From the IMG/VR virus record IMGVR_UViG_3300025389_000012: a DNA stretch of 64,000 bases; one strand, 5' to 3'. Position numbers and translations under genes: made by a program. This DNA comes from an uncultured virus (IMG/VR IMGVR_UViG_3300025389_000012). Lineage: Duplodnaviria; Heunggongvirae; Uroviricota; Caudoviricetes. A model generated the notes under the pieces. The model made no database searches. It was given only the letters and a program-made list of their open reading frames with translations, and had not been told where the DNA came from. Positions 39,316-48,745 of the stretch are shown here, in pieces (the first letter of the stretch is position 1; the number at the start of each line of letters is the position of its first letter).

Positions 39316-41386
39316 TACTTTTCCAAATATTGTCCACTTGTCTTACTTCGTCAATTATATCTTTATGTAGGTAATTAATCAACAAAACTGGGCGATTTTT
39401 TGAAGTTGGGTTTGGCATACTGCTGTGCAATAGTCTTGTGTTGTATATTAACACATTACCTTTAAAAACATCTGGTTGAATATAATTTTGTAAAAACCAA
39501 ACGTTCATATCTCCATTATAACACTTGTTAATATCAAAGTCCATTTTTTGACTATGCGGTACAATTCCCGTACCAGCAGTATCTTTACCCATTTTATCTA
39601 ATGGTATAATAACTTGTACACCTAAAAGTCTTTTATCTGTATTCCATTTGTCAAAACGATTTGGAGTATCAATATGTGGACTGATCCAAGTACTTCCTGC
39701 ATTGATAGTTACAATATCACTTGAATACATTACTGCATCTTTAAGGTACTTTGTGATATACATATTGATTTTATAATCAATTTGTTGTACTTCAGGCCAA
39801 TCTAATACGCTTTGGCTCCACCATACACTAATATCAGATAAATTTTTGATATCATCACGTTCGGCATATTGTTTGCTACTGCTTGATGCACGTACTGGAT
39901 ACAATGTATCTAATTTAGATTCTATACTTGTAAGTATTTCATTACCAATGATAGTATCAGTAATTACATAACCCGGACCATCTATTAAACTATTGGCATA
40001 ACCATGTACAGGATTTTTACCTCTAATATAAAAATCACCCGGAATGATTCCATGATCCCAAATCTTGTGTAATTCATCCCATAATAAAGGTAAACTATCT
40101 TGCAGTTTTCTATTTCTATATTGATCAGATTCAGTAATAAAATGCTTTAGTTGTGACAATGAAGTAGAGTTAACAATTTGTGGTTCTTCTAACCACTTGA
40201 TAACAATATTAATTGTATCAATTAATCCACTGTTTACTTTGTCATTTAAATCATTGGGATGTTCATTATTAAATCTGTCTAACAATTTCTTTGCTTTAAC
40301 TACTCCCAGTTGTCTATACTCAGGAGTTAATAAACTAATCAATGAGTATTCAGGATGTGACACACGATTGGCAAACACACTGGCATGATATACCAATGTT
40401 TTTTCTTCCATGATAATAGGAAACTCATTGAATAAATCATACCAAAATTCAAGTAAGTCTACGCAATCAATTGCATTGAAAAGGCTTATAGTGCAACTTA
40501 ATCCAACTGTAAACTTAGTATCAGTAGAGGAAGAATCTGTGTGCATTGCCAATCTACTTTTATGAACTAAGCCCACATATGTTCTAAGATTGCTTTCTAC
40601 TTTACTCCACTTGAAAGGATAACGAATATATTCGTTGACTTGTTTATAACCGTCAATAGAAACAGATACGTGAACACTACCAAAGTTATTCCAAATATCA
40701 ATTAACTCATCAGAGATACCAGTTAAGTTAGTAACATAACTTAAGCGAATCTTTTTAGCACGTCCTGTGGCAATGATTAATTTTAAGAACTTGATGTGTT
40801 CTTCTGAAATAGTGGGTTCACCTCCCACTAGACTAATAAATTCTACGTTAGGAAAATCATCTACTAATTTTTGTGCAGTTTCGTTATCAATAGAAACTCG
40901 TTTGTATTGAACTTTTTGCTCTGGTTGTATTCTCCAAATATCATTCCATTCTTCTTCCCAAAAATCACTAAGAATAGAACTGCATGTCATGCACTTACTA
41001 TTGCACTTTGTACCAAATGTCAAATCTAGATATTTGATGTCGGTTGGATTGATACTTTTATTCATTGGAACAAAATCATTTATGTTCTTATTCCAAATAG
41101 TACGCATGGATGCAATGTCGTTTTCTTCTGCTTGTTTACAATTCAAACAGGCATCGGGCCATTCTCCATTAATTAATTGTCCTCGCAACTCTCTAAGATT
41201 CTGTGCGTTGATTCTGACCTTAGGGTCTCGTCCAACTACTCCATAGTCATAGTGACCATCTTTATACATTTTCCAATGGTCGGTACGAATATTACAGCAA
41301 GGAATATACTCGCCAAATGCGTTGATTGATGCTGAGCCAAACGCTAGGCTACAATATATAGGTTTCTTAGTATCCGTATTATTCAC
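39308..41386 (-). CDS. Radical SAM protein (N-terminal SPASM/twitch-like Cys cluster) fused to a 2OG-Fe(II) dioxygenase (PhyH-like) domain
   Basis: YC...PCC...CLNC; CNSKCMTC; GGEP; C-terminal PHID...LLHSSMPN...R. Likely GTG start at 41386 overlapping the upstream stop. Confidence 0.85.
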   Translation of the reverse strand: MNNTDTKKPIYCSLAFGSASINAFGEYIPCCNIRTDHWKMYKDGHYDYGVVGRDPKVRINAQNLRELRGQLINGEWPDACLNCKQAEENDIASMRTIWNKNINDFVPMNKSINPTDIKYLDLTFGTKCNSKCMTCSSILSDFWEEEWNDIWRIQPEQKVQYKRVSIDNETAQKLVDDFPNVEFISLVGGEPTISEEHIKFLKLIIATGRAKKIRLSYVTNLTGISDELIDIWNNFGSVHVSVSIDGYKQVNEYIRYPFKWSKVESNLRTYVGLVHKSRLAMHTDSSSTDTKFTVGLSCTISLFNAIDCVDLLEFWYDLFNEFPIIMEEKTLVYHASVFANRVSHPEYSLISLLTPEYRQLGVVKAKKLLDRFNNEHPNDLNDKVNSGLIDTINIVIKWLEEPQIVNSTSLSQLKHFITESDQYRNRKLQDSLPLLWDELHKIWDHGIIPGDFYIRGKNPVHGYANSLIDGPGYVITDTIIGNEILTSIESKLDTLYPVRASSSSKQYAERDDIKNLSDISVWWSQSVLDWPEVQQIDYKINMYITKYLKDAVMYSSDIVTINAGSTWISPHIDTPNRFDKWNTDKRLLGVQVIIPLDKMGKDTAGTGIVPHSQKMDFDINKCYNGDMNVWFLQNYIQPDVFKGNVLIYNTRLLHSSMPNPTSKNRPVLLINYLHKDIIDEVRQVDNIWKSNE

Positions 41387-41693
41387 ATAATTTCCAATGC
41401 ACGTATGTTTTTTCATCCATGATGATGTATTCTCCTGCTTTGAACCAAGATCCTTGGTACACAGGCTCGCCATAGTATTTAATGCACCATAGTTCCATAG
41501 CACTTTTTATGCCACGCATTCTATTAGGTGGCATCATTTTAATAAATGTCTTTTCTACCCACTGATTATTTTCCCAAAATTTCTTTTTAGCCTTTGTAGC
41601 GATACTAGGATCAAGGTCATAAAAGTGACCAGTGATTGGATCACTTAATCCTCTGTCTATTGAAATTAATTTTTTAGTTGAATAGCCTGCCAT
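41379..41693 (-). CDS. Small hypothetical protein (same C-terminal family)
   Basis: Ends YIIMDEKTYVHWKLCE. Confidence 0.6.
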   Translation of the reverse strand: MAGYSTKKLISIDRGLSDPITGHFYDLDPSIATKAKKKFWENNQWVEKTFIKMMPPNRMRGIKSAMELWCIKYYGEPVYQGSWFKAGEYIIMDEKTYVHWKLCE

Positions 41694-41694
41694 G

Positions 41695-41928
41695 TTAACT
41701 CCACCTCAATGTAAACATTATATAATCTTTTTCATAACGAAACTTAAACTTCATTTCTCCGTCATCTAATATTATCCAACGTGTATGTCTTTCAAATTTA
41801 TTGTTATTATTTCTTAACCATTCAAGTATTTCATTGTAATGCTTTACATGTGCTGATGCTTGATGCCAACCCGGGTTAGTATGTTCCCAACCTTTAGGAT
41901 CGTGATAATTGTACACATCAATATCCAC
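41695..41928 (-). CDS. Small hypothetical protein (same C-terminal family)
   Basis: Ends FKFRYEKDYIMFTLRWS. Confidence 0.65.
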   Translation of the reverse strand: MDIDVYNYHDPKGWEHTNPGWHQASAHVKHYNEILEWLRNNNNKFERHTRWIILDDGEMKFKFRYEKDYIMFTLRWS

Positions 41929-42616
41929 CAGCAGCCAATAACTCTTTTACTTGTGGCACGATATTGCTATTACGCTTAAATCTAATAGCCCATTGTTCGG
42001 GGTCAATATATTCAAGAATCATTTTTTGCTGTGATTCATCTAATCGTTCAATCAAGCCAATGCCACTAGTACTTTGATATAGCATCCATGGACTGATTCT
42101 ACCAGCGGTGATAGCATAGCAAATTTTATTTGCATTACCATATCGCAAATAATCTTTGCTTAGTATACCTTCTGCTTTTGCAAGTTCAATTGTTGTTTCA
42201 ATACTACGTGCAATAGCATCTAGTGGGTCTTCGTTTTTCATATGGTCAATCAAAAACTTTGTGTAGTTTGTGTCACTACACCAACTATCAACTTTGATAT
42301 TATTTTTTAGTAACCAATCAGCGTATCGTTCAACATTGATAACATTGACGTTGACACAATAATGTCCGAACTTAACAAAGACCAAATAATAAGAACTCTT
42401 AATAAAGTCTAAGTATGTTTTAGTCTTTTTAGTTGGTGTGTTCTTTTTATAAAAAGATAGCCATGTTTGAAAACCAATACGGTTACCCGTTTGGTCTTTG
42501 TCTTGCCATCTGCGTTTGTTTTCACATAAGTGTTTATCTAATGTGGACTCACGCAGAAATTCTCTGTTACAAAAATCGCAACTGTGTTTTACCTCAGTTA
42601 CCGCTGTCTTCTTCAT
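41918..42616 (-). CDS. Hypothetical protein with N-terminal zinc finger
   Basis: CDFC...F...L..HLC; start moved to MKKTAV. Confidence 0.65.
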   Translation of the reverse strand: MKKTAVTEVKHSCDFCNREFLRESTLDKHLCENKRRWQDKDQTGNRIGFQTWLSFYKKNTPTKKTKTYLDFIKSSYYLVFVKFGHYCVNVNVINVERYADWLLKNNIKVDSWCSDTNYTKFLIDHMKNEDPLDAIARSIETTIELAKAEGILSKDYLRYGNANKICYAITAGRISPWMLYQSTSGIGLIERLDESQQKMILEYIDPEQWAIRFKRNSNIVPQVKELLAAGGY

Positions 42617-43181
42617 ATTGTTTAATGTCTTTATCTGTAACAAGGTCACTTAATAACTCAATTTCATCAAATTTTAAATTGGGGAATTTCTCAGCAAGAT
42701 ACACTTTGCGTTTATGATTATCTACAAAAGCCTCGGATATCAATGCAATGTCGCTATCACTAGTCTTTGGATAGATTTTTTTATAATATTCTTTGATATC
42801 TTTTAGTTTTGCAGGTTCACGCAACTCACTTACTTTTTCTTTAATGTGAGGTATCCACTGATGAAACTGCTTGCCTAATCCCGGGCTAGCCGCACACAAC
42901 ATCAACCATTGTAGTTTAGGATGATGATATACGTTTTCATTAAACAAATATTTGTTTGCATGGTAGTTAGTGCTTTGCAAATAATATGATTGCAAATCAC
43001 TATTACCCTTGATTGCACTAACCCAATGAACTAGCATAAAAGGTACAATTTTCTTTTGCTGTTCTTGTGTTAGTCTATCATAGAAGCCATAGTCTTTCTT
43101 ATCAATAGCCGCAAGAATATCAAACAAGGCTACGTCTTGATTTTCAAACTTTTCCTCAGTTGATACTTTTTCTTTTGCCAT
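42594..43181 (-). CDS. Clamp loader small subunit-like protein (gp62-like)
   Basis: FDILAAI, PFML, N...HPKLQW.ML and W pattern typical of gp62; replication context. Confidence 0.6.
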   Translation of the reverse strand: MAKEKVSTEEKFENQDVALFDILAAIDKKDYGFYDRLTQEQQKKIVPFMLVHWVSAIKGNSDLQSYYLQSTNYHANKYLFNENVYHHPKLQWLMLCAASPGLGKQFHQWIPHIKEKVSELREPAKLKDIKEYYKKIYPKTSDSDIALISEAFVDNHKRKVYLAEKFPNLKFDEIELLSDLVTDKDIKQYEEDSGN

Positions 43182-43492
43182 TAGTTTTTCAACATTTCGT
43201 ATGTAATAACGTGTGCAATACCTTGACCCAATTCTTGTTCACTAGGGATAATATGTAGTGTTTGATTGTGACGGTCAGTGCGTTCGTCATACTTACTGTA
43301 TTCCATAACATATCCACCGTTAGCATGATAAATTGTAAAATTCATACCACGTTGGTCAAGAATTCTACCTCTACTATGACCTACACTTGCTATAGTAACA
43401 TGATTGCCATTATCAGCCTCTACCATATTCCTAGACTCTTCCCATGCTTGCTTGCACTTGTTTACAAACCATTTATTAAACCAATTAAACAT
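43181..43492 (-). CDS. Hypothetical protein
   Basis: 103-aa ORF with SD. Confidence 0.6.
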   Translation of the reverse strand: MFNWFNKWFVNKCKQAWEESRNMVEADNGNHVTIASVGHSRGRILDQRGMNFTIYHANGGYVMEYSKYDERTDRHNQTLHIIPSEQELGQGIAHVITYEMLKN

Positions 43493-43504
43493 ATTTTTCC
43501 TCTT

Positions 43505-44005
43505 TTAAAATGCTTGACTATAATCTACTATCTCACAATTGCGACTTACTTCTTTTACAAAATAAACACATCTTGGTTCTTTACTATCATCGATTGGTAC
43601 ACATAAGAACTGACCGTTACGTAATCGTGGCGCATACCATGTTACATCAGGATAGATATCTAATATCTCAACTGGAATAAACGTTGGACTAAAACTAGTC
43701 AATGGATTAAACTCAAATGCATTAAAGCCACGATCATTGAGACTACTCAATGGAAGTGTTTCTAAGTCTCCATGTTCTTGTTCACCGATCAGTATCTGCC
43801 AATCAACGGGCATCTTGATTGTCTTGTTGCCAATCTTTAATACCAATGCAGGACTATTAAAACTCTCCAAAAAGATTAGTGGGATGTAATGATAGTCTAC
43901 ATTACTTGGATTGGAATTATCGAGGATAGCAAATCGCAAATCATCGATTTCTTCTGGAAGCGTTTCTAAATTATAATAGATATTATCTAAGGTAAGTATT
44001 CTCAT
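43505..44005 (-). CDS. Hypothetical beta-rich protein
   Basis: 166-aa ORF directly after a sigma70 promoter. Confidence 0.65.
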   Translation of the reverse strand: MRILTLDNIYYNLETLPEEIDDLRFAILDNSNPSNVDYHYIPLIFLESFNSPALVLKIGNKTIKMPVDWQILIGEQEHGDLETLPLSSLNDRGFNAFEFNPLTSFSPTFIPVEILDIYPDVTWYAPRLRNGQFLCVPIDDSKEPRCVYFVKEVSRNCEIVDYSQAF

Positions 44006-44011
44006 AGTCGT

Positions 44012-44040
44012 ATTGTAACAACTCCTTTGGTGTTTGTCAA
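44012..44040 (-). promoter_or_regulatory. Sigma70-type promoter
   Basis: TTGACA-N17-TACAAT, 6 nt before ATG 44005. Confidence 0.8.
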
Positions 44041-44044
44041 CATA

Positions 44045-45499
44045 TTAATAGTCCAATTTCTCCAAAGTAAATGGATAGTTGGCTTCTTTGTAAAATGCTT
44101 TACGCTGTGTTAAGTGACGTTTAGCAAACTTACAACTGCTAGTGATATCCCAAATCTCTACGTGATCTTTGTCTTCGGCTTTACGAATACCACGACCTAT
44201 ACTTTGAATAACTCTAACGAACGATTTACCAGGCTCCAACAGAACCAAGTTAAAGATACGAGGTATATTGATACCAACAGCCGCGACACCATAGGTCGCA
44301 ACAATAATTTTGTTACTGCTTGTTTTAATTTCGTCATATTCTTCTTTACGCTCAGTCAGTTTTGTTTCGCCACTGACAAATACGCTATCGGGTAGTCGTG
44401 TGATTAATTCTTTACCTGCGTTAACACGATCAACCAATACCAATGTATTGCCTGTCTCATTGATTTTGCTAATCAATTGTGCAATCTTGTCTAATCGTTT
44501 ACTGTCTTCTAATAAATGTTTTAGTTCGCTTTGATAGTTAGTAAACTCAACATGGTCTTTTAGTTGAACAATATTAACGTGACATTGTGCAAGTACGCCC
44601 TTGCTTTGTAGTTCACTTGCAGCCAGTTTACCGATCACTGGTCCTAGGCTTACTAATAGTGATACTTGTTCGTGCTTTGCTTTAGGAATAGTTCCTGTTA
44701 GTCCCCAACGAATTGGTACTGCGCTGAACACACCTGTTAGTAATGTTTTAAGTGCATCGGCTTTGGCCATGTGAACCTCGTCAACCATGACACAAACAAC
44801 GCCTTCAATAAACTCACCAATTGGAATTTCTGCTTCGCCACTCTTTGTACTCTTTAGCATATTGTTTAGACTTTGCCAAGTACAAATCGTATGTGTCTTG
44901 TTGTATTCTTTTCTGTCACCAAAGTAAACACCTACATCTAATCCAAGATTGATGTAATCTGTTTCTGTTTGTACGACTAGTGACTTGTTGGGAACAATAA
45001 CAATACTACGACCATATGCCTCTACACTTTTACTAAGTGCCGCAGTCATTAATGTCTTACCTGCGCCTGTAGCGATCTCTTGTAGACTTTGTGGATTGTT
45101 CAAAAAGTTGTTGACGATTTCTACTTGATAGTCACGCAACATAATAGGCTGACCTTCACGTTCATGTCCTTTGGGCCATACCTTGTCACTAAATGTAGAT
45201 TCGGACACTTGAGTAAAATTGAAATTTGTATTGTATGTGCGTAAATCTGTTACATCAATATCATAATCAAAATCAATTAGTAAAGGTAACACTTCTTCTA
45301 ATAGGTTGACGTATGTACTGCCACCTAAACTAAAATAACTAACCTTACCATTCCATCGACCTAGTTTGTATGAGGGCCTAAACCTTGCAGTTGGATCCTC
45401 AAACTCAAACTTTTTCATCAATGCTTTACGTGCGTCTAATTCAAGACCTTCGATCTTGACATTGACTTCATCTTTAATTAATAATTTGGCTTCTCTCAT
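44045..45499 (-). CDS. uvsW: SF2 DNA helicase UvsW
   Basis: LRDYQ, ATGAGKT, VDEVH, GLTGT, QSIGRGIR. Confidence 0.92.
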   Translation of the reverse strand: MREAKLLIKDEVNVKIEGLELDARKALMKKFEFEDPTARFRPSYKLGRWNGKVSYFSLGGSTYVNLLEEVLPLLIDFDYDIDVTDLRTYNTNFNFTQVSESTFSDKVWPKGHEREGQPIMLRDYQVEIVNNFLNNPQSLQEIATGAGKTLMTAALSKSVEAYGRSIVIVPNKSLVVQTETDYINLGLDVGVYFGDRKEYNKTHTICTWQSLNNMLKSTKSGEAEIPIGEFIEGVVCVMVDEVHMAKADALKTLLTGVFSAVPIRWGLTGTIPKAKHEQVSLLVSLGPVIGKLAASELQSKGVLAQCHVNIVQLKDHVEFTNYQSELKHLLEDSKRLDKIAQLISKINETGNTLVLVDRVNAGKELITRLPDSVFVSGETKLTERKEEYDEIKTSSNKIIVATYGVAAVGINIPRIFNLVLLEPGKSFVRVIQSIGRGIRKAEDKDHVEIWDITSSCKFAKRHLTQRKAFYKEANYPFTLEKLDY

Positions 45500-46488
45500 T
45501 TTATCACTATTGGTCTTGAATTTTTAATCATTATTATTTTACCTGCTTTGTTTGCATTTAAGTAGTCAGATGGCAATTTATTTGTATATGATTGTATCAA
45601 TACAACAGGATTTTCAAAAGCCATAATATGAAATTTCTTTTTACTTTCAACAAGAATATTTACTTGCGCAAATATATCTATCATTTCATGTGAGTAAGAT
45701 ACATTATTTGGTATCAATACTTTAGGATTTATTTCTACTAACCAATTAGCAACAGTAGTTAAATCATCTAAATCTATTACAGCAATATACGATCCTGCAA
45801 ATTGTAAATCAGGCCTATCCTTAATTAATTCTTCGTCAATAGAAATACCATAATGGCTTAATTTATAAAGTGTAGGTATGTCTAATTTCAATTCTATATC
45901 TTTAATTGATTCATACAGTATATCATTAATAGCAACAATCATCAAGTTATTGTTTACCATACGTAAAGTAGGTTTCCAATATTTGACACTATCATATTGA
46001 TTAAGTTCATTTAATATATTTTGTATCTCACTTGAGTAGTCAACCTCAAAAAATTCGGGCAGTAATGTTGTTGCAATTTTCAATGCATAGGTGCCGAATT
46101 TAGCAACATACATCTTATCAGTTTTATTCCATTCGAATGGGTTATCGTCCACATTCTTAAATGCACTGATAAAGTTCTTATTGAAAGGTAATCTGATTGT
46201 AAGATTATCATCTACAACGGACACTTTAGCATTTGTGTACTCAGGAGTACTAGCAATGATATTAGTTTTCCATTCTAGATTGGAAATCGTTTCTTTATGT
46301 ATGCTATGCTTATTTAATTGGCGTGCGTACTTGTCTACTAATTTGTCAAACAATGCAACCTGATTGGTAGTAATGCGATTGTTTTTTACAATCAGCATTT
46401 GTAGGTTCGAAAAAAACTTTTGATCAAATTGGCTAAGGTTTATTTTACCATTTAATAAAAAGTACAATATGTGTTCTTTACTATCCAT
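45496..46488 (-). CDS. Hypothetical protein
   Basis: About 330-aa ORF; start MDSKE preferred because TTGCAT-N17-TATTAT lies 6 nt upstream. Confidence 0.6.
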   Translation of the reverse strand: MDSKEHILYFLLNGKINLSQFDQKFFSNLQMLIVKNNRITTNQVALFDKLVDKYARQLNKHSIHKETISNLEWKTNIIASTPEYTNAKVSVVDDNLTIRLPFNKNFISAFKNVDDNPFEWNKTDKMYVAKFGTYALKIATTLLPEFFEVDYSSEIQNILNELNQYDSVKYWKPTLRMVNNNLMIVAINDILYESIKDIELKLDIPTLYKLSHYGISIDEELIKDRPDLQFAGSYIAVIDLDDLTTVANWLVEINPKVLIPNNVSYSHEMIDIFAQVNILVESKKKFHIMAFENPVVLIQSYTNKLPSDYLNANKAGKIIMIKNSRPIVIK

Positions 46489-46533
46489 CAACATATAATA
46501 ACATAATTAACACAACAATGCAAATATATAGGT

Positions 46534-46558
46534 AAAAAAAGGGGGACCTAAGTCCCCC
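46534..46558 (-). terminator. Rho-independent terminator
   Basis: GGGGGAC-CTAA-GTCCCCC plus U7 on minus. Confidence 0.9.
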
Positions 46559-46580
46559 AAAATCACTACACCACAAAAAA

Positions 46581-47606
46581 TTATTGACGATGCATAACTG
46601 TGTTTTCAGCAAGCATCTTCCAGTTTGGAGACACTTTGACAAGATCGGCAATCTTCAAGCACATACGCAAACTCAGTTCACGCAAACGCTTACGATTTTG
46701 CTCCATGAATTCAAGGACCTGTTCGCCTTCGTTATTCTCAAAGCCATAATCAAGAAACAGTCCACCATCAGTATCACGATGTACTTGCTTGATACGCAAC
46801 ATCTTATCACGATCGGTATCAATAGTTAGGTCAAGAAAGTGACAACGACTTTCAAGAGCCTCGAGGTGATCCTGCATCTTTTTAGACTTAACGTTTTGGA
46901 ACTTCAAGTTAGTAATGAAAATTGCACTACCCTTGAATTCAAAACTGTCGGGGATACCTTCAGTGCGCAAAATGCGACTGTCACTATTCCAGCAAATCTT
47001 GCGGCGTTTGCCACTGTCAAGTGCAGCCTTAAGAATGTTTAGCGACAACTCATCACCAAAAACGCTGTCGCAGTCATCGAACACAAGAATGTTCTTAGCA
47101 TCACTATACTTGTACAATTGCACGTACAAGCCCAGTGCAGTCATAGCGCCCTTGACAACTTCATACTTAACACGCTTGCCTGCAATCTTATCAAACATAG
47201 CAGACTTTTCAAGTTGGCGCTCAACACCATATGATTTACCAACGCCCGGAGGGCCTGATACAATCATAGCACGAATGTCACCATTGATACATGCCTTAGC
47301 CATGTCATCAAGAATACTGAATCGGGTAGCAATGCGATCCATTGCCTCATCGTCAGTTTCGGACACTTGCGGTGCAACCTTAAATTCTACTGTGTTTTCC
47401 ATTAGTTCGCCTTCTGTAAATTCTATATCTGAAATGTGATTAACTTTAATTTTAATTGTGTCAATTGCAATTGGGAATTGACCCTCATTGCGAACAGTTA
47501 CAAAACCACCTTTCTTGCCAGTTTGAAAACCCTTGACAAGAGTAAATGCAGTATCGATAACTGGCTGATTGCGATACTCGCCTGACTTGACAATAATCTT
47601 TGACAT
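46581..47606 (-). CDS. P-loop AAA-type ATPase
   Basis: SGPPGVGKS Walker A, LVFDDCD Walker B, IFITN sensor, SRC arginine finger. Confidence 0.85.
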   Translation of the reverse strand: MSKIIVKSGEYRNQPVIDTAFTLVKGFQTGKKGGFVTVRNEGQFPIAIDTIKIKVNHISDIEFTEGELMENTVEFKVAPQVSETDDEAMDRIATRFSILDDMAKACINGDIRAMIVSGPPGVGKSYGVERQLEKSAMFDKIAGKRVKYEVVKGAMTALGLYVQLYKYSDAKNILVFDDCDSVFGDELSLNILKAALDSGKRRKICWNSDSRILRTEGIPDSFEFKGSAIFITNLKFQNVKSKKMQDHLEALESRCHFLDLTIDTDRDKMLRIKQVHRDTDGGLFLDYGFENNEGEQVLEFMEQNRKRLRELSLRMCLKIADLVKVSPNWKMLAENTVMHRQ

Positions 47607-47652
47607 ATTTAGCCTTTCGTGTGTGTGTTAAAACTAATCATTCAATACAAGT

Positions 47653-47681
47653 ATTGTAGCACAATGCCCAATTAATGTCAA
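47653..47681 (-). promoter_or_regulatory. Sigma70-type early promoter
   Basis: TTGACA-N17-TACAAT. Confidence 0.85.
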
Positions 47682-47902
47682 GCCTTAAGGATTTGATAGA
47701 GGCGATCATGTATCGTACCCATCTCTTCCTGACTGACATAAAAGTCCGTAGTAGGATCATAGTACTGGCCTTCAATGTTGTCATAATACAACACTCGACC
47801 TGTAAAGTTGAAAGGACCTTCAAGACCTTTACGAGGACCATACTTGGTTCTCATCTCGTCCATTTGTTGTTTATCTGCAACAATTTTGTATCCCATGTTC
47901 AA
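47678..47902 (-). CDS. Small early hypothetical protein
   Basis: 74 aa, SD GGGAG; GLEGPF...YYD..EGQYYDP. Confidence 0.75.
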   Translation of the reverse strand: MNMGYKIVADKQQMDEMRTKYGPRKGLEGPFNFTGRVLYYDNIEGQYYDPTTDFYVSQEEMGTIHDRLYQILKA

Positions 47903-47927
47903 CTCCCTTTCAACTGAATAAGACTAT

Positions 47928-47956
47928 ATTATATACCCAAATTGAATTAATGTCAA
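47928..47956 (-). promoter_or_regulatory. Sigma70-type early promoter
   Basis: TTGACA-N17-TATAAT. Confidence 0.9.
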
Positions 47957-48051
47957 CCGAAAAGTTTGTAAACCCACATGCCGGAAACAATCATCAAAAA
48001 CAACACAAACCTACCGGTAAGCGTGGTCAAGATAAATTCAGCAAATTTCAT
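47953..48051 (-). CDS. 32-aa hydrophobic microprotein (MKFAEFILTTLTGRFVLFLMIVSGMWVYKLFG)
   Basis: Below the ORF-track cutoff; own promoter, SD AAGGAG, one predicted transmembrane helix. Confidence 0.7.
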   Translation of the reverse strand: MKFAEFILTTLTGRFVLFLMIVSGMWVYKLFG

Positions 48052-48084
48052 ACACACTCCTTAGTCACAATCTTTATTGTATGT

Positions 48085-48113
48085 ATTATATGCCCAAAAT
48101 CTTTAAATGTCAA
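48085..48113 (-). promoter_or_regulatory. Sigma70-type early promoter
   Basis: TTGACA-N17-TATAAT with AT-rich upstream sequence. Confidence 0.9.
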
Positions 48114-48163
48114 GCCTTTTTATCTATTATTTTTAGGATTTTTTGTTGTTTAAAAACAACAAC

Positions 48164-48745
48164 TTACACGATTCTAGATGCGTAAACTTCCACAGATTTG
48201 TCTAATTGCTGGATAAAATCGATTTCTGTTTGATTTCCACCATTCATAACATTATAGTCAGCAATAATGATTCCTAGGCTTGTGGGCACTTTAGCAGTAA
48301 TGCCATCACCACCTGAGGTGCTGTGTGCTAGTAGTGTGGGCTTGTCAAAAAGTACAGCGCCACAGTCACTTACAAACATCAGAAAATCAGCATAGTCAGG
48401 GGGCAAGACAGCATGTGTATTGGTACCATGACTGTTAGTTAACTTAATGTTACAATACTCACGTAATTCACGTTTCTTGCTAGTATAGATGGCACCTTCT
48501 GTATATTTCATTTCTAAACGGGTATTGTTAAGCCCTGTAATTAAAAAATCACATCCATCTTGTGCAACGTAAGACAATGATTTGTTTGAGTATTTTTCAA
48601 TTGATTTTTCAAAGACACGGGCCTTTAAAAATCGCAATTGTTCAGTATTCAACTGAGGACCCATTGCTTTAACAAGTTTGCTAAACCTATGAAAATCAAC
48701 GTTATTTTTCAAATGGTCTGCTACTACTGCTGTCGTATATGTCAT
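48164..48745 (-). CDS. Hypothetical protein, possible PD-(D/E)xK nuclease fold
   Basis: FE...GCDF...LEMK spacing. Confidence 0.4.
   Translation of the reverse strand: MTYTTAVVADHLKNNVDFHRFSKLVKAMGPQLNTEQLRFLKARVFEKSIEKYSNKSLSYVAQDGCDFLITGLNNTRLEMKYTEGAIYTSKKRELREYCNIKLTNSHGTNTHAVLPPDYADFLMFVSDCGAVLFDKPTLLAHSTSGGDGITAKVPTSLGIIIADYNVMNGGNQTEIDFIQQLDKSVEVYASRIV

Noticed and set aside
41387..41503. N-terminal extension of the radical SAM ORF as given in the ORF track
   Set aside because: It overlaps the upstream gene by more than 100 nt; GTG at 41386 gives a typical coupled start.
47950..48153. 67-aa plus-strand ORF
   Set aside because: It is antisense to the promoter/SD-supported 32-aa minus-strand microgene and runs through a promoter.
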